From the IMG/VR virus record IMGVR_UViG_3300033412_000008: DNA of 64,000 nucleotides. One strand, 5' to 3'. The position numbers were made by a program, and so were the translations under genes. Below, one piece after another: positions 46,222 through 54,631 of the stretch. Numbering within the stretch: position 1 is the first letter of the stretch; each line of letters opens with the position of its first letter. The DNA comes from a virus. The notes under the pieces were generated by a model, which ran no database searches, had not been told where the DNA came from, and worked only from the letters and a program-made list of their open reading frames with translations.

Positions 46222-47649
46222 TTAGTGGGCCGCCAGGCCGTCTCCCTGGACAACCGCGAAGGCGTTTGGATAGCGACCGGCGGTGAATCCGACGCGCTCC
46301 TCCGAACGGAACACGGTCTGGTTGCTGGTGAAGAAGACGTGGGAGCTGGTGTCCGTCACGATCCCTTCGCGGTCGAGCACGAGGCCCTGCGAGAAGTCAC
46401 CGACGATGACGGCGCTCTCGTTTTCCGCGTCACCCAGGTTCGTGGGGACGTTGGGGGAGCAGTACACCGGCAGTCCGAACAGTTCGCCGCGGGGGAGCGG
46501 CCCACCGTTGTAGCCTGGGATGGCTTCGTTGGGCTTGCGAACCGTACCGGCCGCGCCTGCGCCGAGGAAGTATGCGTCGTCTTTGTTGCGGCCGCGAGCA
46601 AGGTAGCCCCAAGTCCGCGGATGCATGACGATTGCGTCGGGGAACCCGAGGAACTGAGTCTGAACCTCGGTGATCGCTTCACTGATCTTGTCAATCAGTG
46701 AAAGCTGATCCGGCGAAGCGTCAGCGTAAGGGATGCTGATGACGCCTGGAGTGTTGATGATCCCGAGCGGCTGCCCGACACCAGAGCCAGCGATGAACGC
46801 CTGCTCCTCCAGCGCGACGAAGCGCTTAGCCATGTCTTTCGTAATGAGCTGGTCAACGCTCCACTTCGCGTCCTTCAGAAGCTGGTTCGACACAGTCGCC
46901 AGCCCGGCGGCCGTGTAGATGTGCGTCTCGAACTCCGAGAAGCTGAGCTGGGACTGAATCTTCTCCGCGAACTCGGCGGTCCACGCGACTGCGAGGCCGG
47001 AGTCCTGAGCGACGAAGCGAAGGGTGTCGCTCGTCACGGGCTGCGAAGTAAACAGTTGGCGCAGGACGCTGACGCTGTCGCGCAGTGGGATCAGTTCGTT
47101 GCTGACCTCCGGCGGGACCAAGAAGCCACCGTCGGAATCGGTCCCCTCGCCCATCGCCTTGCCCTCGAAGAAGTCGTCGATGCGTTTCGCGGCAGTCACG
47201 TCGCCGGAGCGAGCGCGCCGCACGTCGTTGAAGTAGGAGTTATCGCCTTCCGGGCCGTAGACCTCGGGGTCGCCCGTGGCCTGCGTAGCGAAGAAGTCTG
47301 GCATCGCCTTCCCGGCGACCTTGCCGACGGCCTCGCCGAGCGTGTCGAGACGCTCAATCATGGCCTTGCGCTCCAGAGCGGCTTCCTCGGCCTGGCGTGC
47401 ATCGCTCAGGCGGGTCAGCTCCGGCTCCAGCTCGCCAAACTTCTCCAGCATGTCGGTAACGGCCTTGCCGTCCAGCTTGTCGGCGCCCTCGGCGACCTGA
47501 GTCTTCAGCTCGTCCATGTCAGTGCGCAGCGACTCAAACTGAGTGGAAAGCTCGGAAAGAGCCTCAGCGTCGAGGCCCTTGCCCTCCAGCGTGTCGGAAA
47601 TCTCTTTCGCGCGGTCAATGAGGGCGCTGATCTGCTCGGGGAAGTCCAT
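46222..47649 (-). CDS. HK97-fold major capsid protein
   Basis: N-terminal coiled-coil delta domain, DGGFLVPPE, GSGVGQPLGI, VIVGDFS; start moved to MDFPEQ. Confidence 0.92.
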   Translation of the reverse strand: MDFPEQISALIDRAKEISDTLEGKGLDAEALSELSTQFESLRTDMDELKTQVAEGADKLDGKAVTDMLEKFGELEPELTRLSDARQAEEAALERKAMIERLDTLGEAVGKVAGKAMPDFFATQATGDPEVYGPEGDNSYFNDVRRARSGDVTAAKRIDDFFEGKAMGEGTDSDGGFLVPPEVSNELIPLRDSVSVLRQLFTSQPVTSDTLRFVAQDSGLAVAWTAEFAEKIQSQLSFSEFETHIYTAAGLATVSNQLLKDAKWSVDQLITKDMAKRFVALEEQAFIAGSGVGQPLGIINTPGVISIPYADASPDQLSLIDKISEAITEVQTQFLGFPDAIVMHPRTWGYLARGRNKDDAYFLGAGAAGTVRKPNEAIPGYNGGPLPRGELFGLPVYCSPNVPTNLGDAENESAVIVGDFSQGLVLDREGIVTDTSSHVFFTSNQTVFRSEERVGFTAGRYPNAFAVVQGDGLAAH

Positions 47650-47674
47650 GCGCCGCATAGTAGCACATGTGTAA

Positions 47675-47694
47675 AGCGCCCCGGTCGGGGCGCT
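47675..47694 (-). terminator. Terminator between protease and capsid genes
   Basis: AGCGCCCC-GACC-GGGGCGCT followed by TTT on the - strand. Confidence 0.5.
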
Positions 47695-47704
47695 GGGAAA
47701 TGGC

Positions 47705-48472
47705 TTACTTAAGCCAGTCTTCGGGGATACACTCCATGCAGCCAAGCTCCTTCGCCACACGGATAAGGTAAGCACGTACCTCCGATTTACTCTCCGTACT
47801 CGACCCCGAACGGCTAATTGCGTTCTCCAGGTCAGTACGGTTGTCGATGGGGTACTTATCGGTGCCGGGGAAGTGGTATTTCGCGTTGCGGCGCTTTTCA
47901 GCACTGACGGCCTTGCCCGCTAGCCCCTCTAGAGTGTTAAACAGCTCATTGAGGCCAGAAATTGCGTCGTCCAGCTCGGAATCGCTGCCGAACGCCTTGC
48001 CCGCGAGGGCGAACAGACTGCCGGGTTCCATCGGTACCGGCGTCACCGAAATCTCCGCCACGTCGGCCGTGTGGATGCGCGGACCCTGCGGGGTCATCAT
48101 GCGTTTGAAGATGCCGCCGACCGAGAAGCCCTTGATGGTGCCCGACTTGACCTTGTTCCACACGTCGGCCAGGGGCGTACCCGGCTCGGGATCGTCGAGG
48201 CGAGCTTTCACGAACAGCCCCTTGCCGTCCAGTTTCGCCTCCTCGACCACGCCAAGGGGCTGATCTGTGTGGTGGTGGTAACAGAGCACGGGGTTGCGTT
48301 CGAAATACTTTTCGAGGCCCTTGTCGAAGACGCCCGGCATGAACGCCTCCCCCTCGCGATCCCGGTCGAACCCGGCCGCGTAGCCTTCGATGCGAAGTGC
48401 CTTGCCGTCCAGCTTAACACGAGACTCGGCGTCGAGCGCGAAGTCGAACGTAAATGCGGCGGAGTCCTTCAC
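47705..48472 (-). CDS. HK97-type prohead protease
   Basis: IEGYAA, YHH, KGFSVGG, EISVTPVP. Confidence 0.9.
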   Translation of the reverse strand: MKDSAAFTFDFALDAESRVKLDGKALRIEGYAAGFDRDREGEAFMPGVFDKGLEKYFERNPVLCYHHHTDQPLGVVEEAKLDGKGLFVKARLDDPEPGTPLADVWNKVKSGTIKGFSVGGIFKRMMTPQGPRIHTADVAEISVTPVPMEPGSLFALAGKAFGSDSELDDAISGLNELFNTLEGLAGKAVSAEKRRNAKYHFPGTDKYPIDNRTDLENAISRSGSSTESKSEVRAYLIRVAKELGCMECIPEDWLK

Positions 48473-48510
48473 GCCTAGGAGTATAGACGATTTAGCTCGT
48501 TACGTTTGCG

Positions 48511-48660
48511 TCAATCGCCCCAGGGGGTCGTATGAAGCTGCATCATCCAGTGCCAGGCGCCACGCTCCTTGCCCTTCTTGTCTGTCCATGTCGCCCAGAC
48601 CCAACCATCGTCGCAAGCGCCGTGGGTCTGTACCGGCTCGCCGAGGAAGTAGAGCGTCAT
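48511..48660 (-). CDS. Small hypothetical protein (49 aa)
   Basis: ATGA coupling to 48657 ORF; MTLYFLGEPVQTHG... Confidence 0.4.
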   Translation of the reverse strand: MTLYFLGEPVQTHGACDDGWVWATWTDKKGKERGAWHWMMQLHTTPWGD

Positions 48661-49025
48661 GCCGCAACCAAGTCAGGCCACAGATGAACGGCGTCGCAGA
48701 CGACACACACTTTCAGCGGATCGGAGTTCTCCCGCGGCGGCGTGTCGGCGGCCGGTTCGTCGTCTGGCGACAGCGGCGTCATGACTTGCGAGCGGCGGCG
48801 GCATTCGGCGCGCGTGACTTGCTTGCGGATGCGCGTCCCCGGCGAGGCACCGTTGGGGAAGTCCATCGTGATGCTGCGATCTGCGTGCGCTTCCTTCAGG
48901 AGGCGGCCGCCACGGTTGACGACGGTCTTGCCAAGCTGCTCGACGACTCCAGCGTCTGGATTCGGTACGACCGGCCACTCGTAGTCTTTGTGACTCCACT
49001 CGTCGTTCCACTCCGCCGTCGCCAT
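48657..49025 (-). CDS. Hypothetical protein
   Basis: AGGAGG RBS; upstream TTGACG-N7-TATGCT (49067-49085). Confidence 0.55.
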   Translation of the reverse strand: MATAEWNDEWSHKDYEWPVVPNPDAGVVEQLGKTVVNRGGRLLKEAHADRSITMDFPNGASPGTRIRKQVTRAECRRRSQVMTPLSPDDEPAADTPPRENSDPLKVCVVCDAVHLWPDLVAA

Positions 49026-49085
49026 GCCCCTCCTGTTCGATCAGTTGTTCAGTTCATTGCATATCCAGCATATCGCAGGCGTCAA

Positions 49086-49160
49086 ATCCGGGGGCAGGGT
49101 TCGAACCTGCACTTCGAGGTTCAGGGCCTCGCTGGCTGCCAATTACCTTATCACCCCGGA
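49086..49160 (-). tRNA. tRNA-Gln(CTG), atypical
   Basis: TCCGGGG/CCCCGGA acceptor, CGAGG-CCCTGAA-CCTCG, GCAGG-TTCGAAC-CCTGC; C33 and extra nt before the D-stem. Confidence 0.7.
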
Positions 49161-49161
49161 G

Positions 49162-49238
49162 TGGACTAGCTCGGATTCGAACCGAGGTCACGACTGCGCC
49201 CACGTCGTGGGCGCAACTCGTCTTTTCCTGTCTAGCCC
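49162..49238 (-). ncRNA. Mini-tmRNA (tRNA-like domain only)
   Basis: GGGCTAG/CTAGTCC-A with G3.U70, stemless D-loop ACAGGAAAAGAC, P2-like hairpin, GAC linker, CTCGG-TTCGAAT-CCGAG. Confidence 0.75.
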
Positions 49239-49244
49239 ACAACC

Positions 49245-49263
49245 ATCTTATCGAGTTGGTCAA
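49245..49263 (-). promoter_or_regulatory. TTGACC-N7-TAAGAT promoter of the mini-tmRNA
   Basis: -10 ends 6 nt before G1 of the RNA. Confidence 0.65.
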
Positions 49264-49269
49264 GGTTTA

Positions 49270-49698
49270 TCAAGCTGCAATATTCAAACGAATATACTCC
49301 TGCCGCTTTGCTTGGCAGCAGGCTTCGCACCGACATCCTTTCTTATACATATGAGTAGTCCCACAGCGCGCAGGCTGTCGAGGGCGCGCCACAAATCCAT
49401 TCAGCGCGGAATCAATTTGAGCTTGGCGCCGCTTGCTCATATACGGGCGCAGTTCATGCATCATTTTGGCTGCCGGGCTTCCTTGCAAACGCACATACCA
49501 GGGCTGCTTATGGTGCGCAATCTGCCGCCGTCCCACTTGAATTTTCCTGTCCCACAGCGCTGCGACACGTTCAATTACATCTAGGTCAGTCATGGACACG
49601 ATAACAATCGGATTATTCGGAGAAGATGGCGATCCAGCCATAAATGATCCCTCTCCCTCCAAGAGTCCAACCAACCAATGAAAATCAGCCGCATTCAC
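49270..49698 (-). CDS. Free-standing LAGLIDADG homing endonuclease
   Basis: WLVGLLEGEGSF; C-terminal CGT..Y..GCRC..C; leaderless GTG after TGC-TATGCT. Confidence 0.8.
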   Translation of the reverse strand: MNAADFHWLVGLLEGEGSFMAGSPSSPNNPIVIVSMTDLDVIERVAALWDRKIQVGRRQIAHHKQPWYVRLQGSPAAKMMHELRPYMSKRRQAQIDSALNGFVARPRQPARCGTTHMYKKGCRCEACCQAKRQEYIRLNIAA

Positions 49699-49801
49699 AA
49701 ATAAAGCATAGCATAAATTGGGAGCATGGGATTCAAGCGCGTTGATGCTCAATCCCGAACGGAGAGCGCTACCAGATTACGCTACGGCCCGAAAACGAAG
49801 T

Positions 49802-49960
49802 TTAGCGCTTACGGCTGGGCTTGCCGCGGCGGTACGAGTCCACCGTGACGCGCGACTTACCGCGATTCGGGCCGCGCGGGGACCGCGAGTGCTTACGCAC
49901 CCCGACAGCATTACCCGAGCCGGACTTCCGGCGCCGCTTGGCGCGCCCACGGGTCGCCAT
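49802..49960 (-). CDS. Small very basic protein (52 aa)
   Basis: MATRGRAKRRRKSGSGNAVGVRKHSRSPRG...; TAATG coupling; not in the ORF track. Confidence 0.55.
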   Translation of the reverse strand: MATRGRAKRRRKSGSGNAVGVRKHSRSPRGPNRGKSRVTVDSYRRGKPSRKR

Positions 49961-50057
49961 TAGGCAGTAACGAGATGTTCAAGCGGCCCCGGAGCACTCT
50001 CGGAGCGCGGCCGGAAGCGCGTAGTAAAACCGAAAATAGTGTCAAGGATTTCGATCA

Positions 50058-50234
50058 TTAGTTCTCCTCTGGCGGACCATTGTCCTTGTGAATAACGATA
50101 TAATCGCCGACCTCTAGCTTACTCGCAGTGGCCGCCTCAGCCACATCAGCCGCAGGGATAATATTAATGGCAAGCGCGCCATAACCGGTATTGGCTGGTT
50201 TAATACCTTGAATCCTGTAGGTTCCGTCGTCCAT
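50058..50234 (-). CDS. Small hypothetical protein (58 aa)
   Basis: MDDGTYRIQGIKP...; coupled to a 32-aa ORF at 49960-50058. Confidence 0.4.
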   Translation of the reverse strand: MDDGTYRIQGIKPANTGYGALAINIIPAADVAEAATASKLEVGDYIVIHKDNGPPEEN

Positions 50235-50252
50235 TAGTCAAGCCTAAGTATA

Positions 50253-50615
50253 TCAGCTTCCACTAGCCAAGCGAATTACGAGGTTAATGATAACAGCGAG
50301 GAAAACTGATCCAATAATAGATGCACCAGCAATCTTTGCCTGTGCGGTACGAATCACAGAAACATCTTCACGCATCCGCTGAACTTCGTCCTTAGTCGCA
50401 TACGTACTCTCCTTCTTTTCGCCAGAATGAATCAGGTCATTATGCTTTTGCGCTAGTTCGCCAGTTGCGTTATTAGCGGCCATTGCCTTATCCTCTGCCG
50501 CATTAACACGCTCATCAAGACGCTTCGCAATCTCCGCTACATTACGACGCTCCGCCTCACGCGCGGCCTCAAACTCACGCCATGAGACAGGAATAATATC
50601 GTCACCAGTAGACAT
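50253..50615 (-). CDS. Coiled-coil protein with C-terminal TM helix
   Basis: Hydrophobic C-terminus IAGASIIGSVFLAVIINLVI. Confidence 0.6.
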   Translation of the reverse strand: MSTGDDIIPVSWREFEAAREAERRNVAEIAKRLDERVNAAEDKAMAANNATGELAQKHNDLIHSGEKKESTYATKDEVQRMREDVSVIRTAQAKIAGASIIGSVFLAVIINLVIRLASGS

Positions 50616-50753
50616 TAGTAATCACCAAGCATATCGAACTCCTCTTCATTGCAGACCGCATCTTCCATCGCCTCCAACTCGTCCATCAGCGCGCCAGGAG
50701 GTCGCCGTTGGTTTGCGCGTCATCTTCCGTCAGCATAATGGTCATCGACGCAG

Positions 50754-52175
50754 TCATGTAACGGCGACGCCTTGCCGCTGAGCGGCTTCATCGAAGGTTG
50801 CGGTATTGCCGGGGTCTGGGGTACGTCCCGGCTCGCCGGGGAGCGGCCGGTCCTTGACGCCAGAAGCGTTATCGTTTTCTCCTGGCATATTGAGGACGAG
50901 ATTTTCAATCTCCTCTGCTTCATCCGCCTTGGGTCCAGCCATGACATCGCGCAGTGGGTCAAGGTTGAATTGTTTACGGACCTCCTTGACCAAGACGCCC
51001 GGAATCTTCGCAAATTCGGCCCCGAGCTTGAACTGATCCTCAATGGGCATCTGATATTCGTAGTCGATTTTGAGCTGGAGGCCGAAGTCGGCAGTCAGCT
51101 CTTTCGTCAACAGTGTCTGGAGGGTGTTGAGGATCGGCCGCATCCGCTTGTTGTCGAAGTTCCGCCGTTCTTCGCCGGGGGCGGTGGTCGAGGAAGTCTC
51201 GCTGGCGAGGCCCAACATCACGCGTGGAACGCGGAACAGCGCCAGAATACGGTCGCGCGACTGGTCCGACATCAGGCCGAACTCAGCTTTCTGGGCATTA
51301 GACTGAATTGGTTTGTAGGTAAGCCCCCTACCCAATACCGCGACCTGGAATGCCTGGCGCGCGCCAGCGTAGATGCCCGCGAACTGGCGGCGCAGCTTCG
51401 CCGCGTTGGACTCGGAAATCGCCTGCTCGGCCTCCAGCACGCCCTCCAGGCGCGCCCCGTTTTCGTAGTAGGCCGTCTTCGTCTCGGTGAGCGCAATCTC
51501 GCCGTCGAAGACCCGCGGACCCATCGCGATGACTCCGGCGCCGCGGTAGGAGTCGTGGGGGTTCGGGCCTTTCCAGTGGATGACTTTCTCGGGCGCAAGT
51601 TTGACAGGAGGCTGGCCGGGCGCCTTGTATTCGTAGCACTCGATCAGTTCGCCCTTCTTGCCCGGCACGACCTCGGTGTACTGCGGCGGGAGCCGCAGAA
51701 GCTGAAGGGGGCGTCCCTGGCCGTCGTCGCCGCGCTTGAGGAGGAAGCCGTCGCCGGTGATGTAGCGGTCGATGACGAACAGCTCGATGACTTCTTCCCA
51801 GGACTGGTAGCCATTCGGTTCTTCGAGGAGCTGCACGAGCCAGGGGTCTGCGAGGCGGGCGCCCTTCTCCGCTTCGGCGCGGGAGCGTGGGGCTGTGTTG
51901 CCTTCGTAGTCCTCCAGGTGCCAGGCGGCGTGGGCGGCCGTCTCGGCGATGACGCCCATGCAGTCGGCTACCCAATCCATCGCCTTGTCGGTGCCCGAGC
52001 CGTAGGCTTCGAGCTGCCGCTTCGCGGATGCCGCGGCGAAGCGCGAGCCAGTCTGGCCCATCTGCGTCCCGTAGACCTCCGGCGCTTCAGTGCGCGACCC
52101 AGGGATGACAGAGCGCGCGTTTACGGCCTTCCCTTCAAGAGAAAGCGCATCGCGAACGGAGTCCCAGAACGGCAT
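50754..52175 (-). CDS. Portal protein (HK97 family)
   Basis: YITGDGF, LRLPPQ, VIHWKGPNP, LFRVP. Confidence 0.92.
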   Translation of the reverse strand: MPFWDSVRDALSLEGKAVNARSVIPGSRTEAPEVYGTQMGQTGSRFAAASAKRQLEAYGSGTDKAMDWVADCMGVIAETAAHAAWHLEDYEGNTAPRSRAEAEKGARLADPWLVQLLEEPNGYQSWEEVIELFVIDRYITGDGFLLKRGDDGQGRPLQLLRLPPQYTEVVPGKKGELIECYEYKAPGQPPVKLAPEKVIHWKGPNPHDSYRGAGVIAMGPRVFDGEIALTETKTAYYENGARLEGVLEAEQAISESNAAKLRRQFAGIYAGARQAFQVAVLGRGLTYKPIQSNAQKAEFGLMSDQSRDRILALFRVPRVMLGLASETSSTTAPGEERRNFDNKRMRPILNTLQTLLTKELTADFGLQLKIDYEYQMPIEDQFKLGAEFAKIPGVLVKEVRKQFNLDPLRDVMAGPKADEAEEIENLVLNMPGENDNASGVKDRPLPGEPGRTPDPGNTATFDEAAQRQGVAVT

Positions 52176-52433
52176 GGTGCCAGTCTAGCAGCGAAACCGC
52201 GCGAAAGTGCGGCCTCGGAGCAGCGATGTAGGGTCGTAGGGTTGCCTTGACGGGCCTGCGAGTATGTGTTTGTCGTCCAGGGTGGTTTCAAGTAGCGGTC
52301 GAGGAGCGTGTGCCGTCAGGGCCGTTGCTCCGCCCCGCGGGGCTGCGCGAGGCCCTGAGCGTAGCACATTCGGATTTTTCTCTCAGATTTGGCTTTCTAG
52401 AGCGGTTGCGTGTGATAGGGTAATTCTGAAGCG

Positions 52434-52462
52434 AATTTGGCCTTTGGCCCTCTAGATTTGGC
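52434..52462 (+). repeat. Repeat shared with 103-132
   Basis: AATTTGGCCTTTGGCCCTCTA(A)GATTTGGC present at both sites. Confidence 0.8.
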
Positions 52463-52574
52463 TTTGTAGGCTATTTTGCGTCGTTTTTTGTGAATGTTTT
52501 GTCTCAAATTTGATATTGAAACGTTAGAGGTCGTGGCCGTAATTGACGCGAAGCTATGCTACTATGGTTGTGAA

Positions 52575-52862
52575 ATGCAAGATCGTCCTACCGATAAACA
52601 GCTTCAGCAAGCCATTGACATCGGCCGCATGGTCGCTAAGGCGTCTGCGGAGTGCCGTGCTCGCTATGGCCGCCGCCGGACGCCTCAACGCACCGAGCGG
52701 TTGACCCAGCATCGACAGCGCTGTGCTGATGCCGCTGTTCCGCTGCGGTCCTACATCGGCATGGTCGCCTGGCATGATTTGCCGCTGGAGTTTGATCTTC
52801 CGATGCGCGACGTTATTGGTGAACTGCGCTACGAGCGCCGCCAGATCACGAAGATGCTCTGA
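52575..52862 (+). CDS. Hypothetical protein
   Basis: Preceded by TTGACG-N6-TATGCT (52543-52560). Confidence 0.5.
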   Translation: MQDRPTDKQLQQAIDIGRMVAKASAECRARYGRRRTPQRTERLTQHRQRCADAAVPLRSYIGMVAWHDLPLEFDLPMRDVIGELRYERRQITKML

Positions 52863-52960
52863 TGGGCGAGGCCCTGGAAATCGTCGCTGCGTTTGGTCTT
52901 CTCTGGGGCTTCATGACGCTGTTCAAGCCTGGCCGCTCGCGCGGACCCTTTCGTTGGTGA

Positions 52961-53173
52961 TTACTTACAGGGACTTTTGAGTAGTTTGCCTTCGATGACG
53001 TAACCGTAGGCAGTCGCATCTGGTCCAGATATTGGCACATCAATGATAACGCCAATCTGGGCGCCACATTTGCATGTATACCAGCCTAGGGTTGGTCCGC
53101 GCTCGGAGTTAAGTAGTGCGGTTCCGCCTCCGTCCCAGATAAATTCGTGTTCATGCGCGTCGCTACTAGGCAT
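52961..53173 (-). CDS. Small leaderless hypothetical protein
   Basis: TGC-TATGCT 6 nt before ATG. Confidence 0.5.
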   Translation of the reverse strand: MPSSDAHEHEFIWDGGGTALLNSERGPTLGWYTCKCGAQIGVIIDVPISGPDATAYGYVIEGKLLKSPCK

Positions 53174-53188
53174 TAGTGAAGCATAGCA

Positions 53189-53262
53189 GGCGACCCGCGG
53201 GGATCGAACCCGCATTTGCCTGGACCACAACCAGGAGCTATTTCCTATTCGGCCAGGGCCGC
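53189..53262 (-). tRNA. tRNA-His(GTG)
   Basis: CCTGG-TTGTGGT-CCAGG, T-arm, C73; -1 base is T. Confidence 0.8.
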
Positions 53263-53263
53263 A

Positions 53264-53334
53264 AGGCGCGAGAGAGGATTGAACTCTCGAAGACCGGGTT
53301 GCAACCGGCCGCCTTACCACTCGGCCATCGCGCC
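53264..53334 (-). tRNA. tRNA-Cys(GCA)
   Basis: GGCGCGA acceptor, TTGCAAC loop, U73. Confidence 0.9.
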
Positions 53335-53336
53335 AG

Positions 53337-53411
53337 TAGCGGGGGCGGGATTTGAACCCGCGTGACCGGCTTATGAGGCCGTGCTGGAACCAAACTCCAG
53401 TCCACCCCGCT
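53337..53411 (-). tRNA. tRNA-Met(CAT)
   Basis: AGCGGGG/CCCCGCT, CTCATAA loop; fMet-like body but lacks the three G-C anticodon-stem pairs. Confidence 0.85.
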
Positions 53412-53417
53412 GCCTAC

Positions 53418-53436
53418 AGCATATCGTCCCTGTCAA
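53418..53436 (-). promoter_or_regulatory. TTGACA-N7-TATGCT promoter of the tRNA cluster
   Basis: -10 ends 6 nt before tRNA-Met position 1. Confidence 0.65.
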
Positions 53437-53575
53437 ATCCAAATTCTGGAGAAATTTGGACTTCGCTTGGAGTTCCGGCGATGGTAGTCCGACCGGGGAC
53501 CATTTGGCAAGTTTTCTGGCGAGAAAACCTAACATCTTGATTCGTATGCTAGGCAAAGGAAATGAACCGTTATCA

Positions 53576-53622
53576 CATCTGTCAAGCGTACGTAAATGAT
53601 GCCTTACACCATCTGTCAAGCG
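53576..53622. repeat. 13-bp direct repeat CATCTGTCAAGCG x2 (34-bp period)
   Basis: 53576-53588 and 53610-53622, in the divergent intergenic region. Confidence 0.7.
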
Positions 53623-53824
53623 GGCGAAATTGCGCCCCATTAGGGCTTTCACCCGTGCAAGCCCCGCCCCCACAACCCCACGCGCCTAAATTTTCGGGAT
53701 TTACAGCGTGCCTGCATCGTTTTGTCTTGTAGACGAAACGTTGCGAGCAGGTGGGGTCGTGGGGAATAAAAGGTAGGCGGATGTGTGGGGTTGCGGCCCG
53801 ATACCACAGCCCCACGTCCCTGTC

Positions 53825-53867
53825 TGTGCGATATCTCACACAACGTAAGGTAATCGCTTGCTAGGGT
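53825..53867 (+). promoter_or_regulatory. CRP-like box plus -10 (class II geometry)
   Basis: TGTGC-N6-TCACA 53825-53840; TGC-TAGGGT 53862-53867. Confidence 0.65.
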
Positions 53868-53907
53868 TGTGGGCGTCGCAACATAAACCACACGAAAGGA
53901 ACGCGAC

Positions 53908-54237
53908 ATGTTCAAGCAAATCCGCACCGCCTACACTGACGAGTCAATCAACGGAACGATCCTGAGACTAGGGACCGTCATCATCATGGTCTGTCTGACC
54001 ATGTGTGCCATCGCTGCCGTGGCTATCGCCATCGAAAGCAGCGAAGTCCCCGACACCACGGCGAAGCACGCGCCTCGCGTCTGCTTCCCCGCGAAGCGAT
54101 GGGGACCGGCACCCAAACGATATGCGCCCTGCGTCAGAGTGACGCATGTCTCCGAGGATGGTTCCTTCTCTTTCGCCGTGAGCGACAAGGGCGGCACCGT
54201 CCGCTACACCAGCGGCGCGGGCGCGCTAGACCGATGA
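53908..54237 (+). CDS. Membrane-anchored/secreted protein
   Basis: N-terminal TM segment; GAAAGGA RBS. Confidence 0.6.
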   Translation: MFKQIRTAYTDESINGTILRLGTVIIMVCLTMCAIAAVAIAIESSEVPDTTAKHAPRVCFPAKRWGPAPKRYAPCVRVTHVSEDGSFSFAVSDKGGTVRYTSGAGALDR

Positions 54238-54452
54238 TCCTCGCAACCCTCGCAACCCTCGCAAACATGTACAAATACGCGGCGCCCAATGTCGTCGCGT
54301 ATTCGCCAGTCACCGAAGAAGTATGCTCAGCCAACCCAGGCAACTACTGGTACATGACTAACTGCGACTGTCTTGAAGACAGCTTCGGCCACGATATGAT
54401 TCTTGCGTGTCGTATCCCCGAATACTTCAAACCATTGGAGGATGCATCATGA
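54234..54452 (+). CDS. Hypothetical protein
   Basis: ATGA coupling. Confidence 0.45.
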   Translation: MILATLATLANMYKYAAPNVVAYSPVTEEVCSANPGNYWYMTNCDCLEDSFGHDMILACRIPEYFKPLEDAS

Positions 54453-54631
54453 GTATCCGAATCAGGAACACCAGGACCGGCCGCACTACGCAGGCGCGAG
54501 ACGGCAAGGATGCGGCGGTTATAGCGAAGATAGAGCTTGACCGGCGAAGCGGAATAGAGACGACGGGGATGTACCCCGCCGCCCCGCCTAGCCTTCGCCG
54601 CCACTGCGCTCAAGTGAAAGCGGCATCATGA
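54449..54631 (+). CDS. Hypothetical protein
   Basis: GGAGG RBS. Confidence 0.45.
   Translation: MSIRIRNTRTGRTTQARDGKDAAVIAKIELDRRSGIETTGMYPAAPPSLRRHCAQVKAAS

Noticed and set aside
49162-49238. Reading this RNA as an ordinary tRNA-Ala or as part of a two-piece permuted tmRNA
   Set aside because: There is no D-stem or 7-nt anticodon loop; the 5' and 3' acceptor halves are in normal order and joined by a closed hairpin; I found no tag-coding piece.
50615-50757. Two 23-aa ORFs after the portal gene
   Set aside because: Too short and without motifs; coupling alone is insufficient support.
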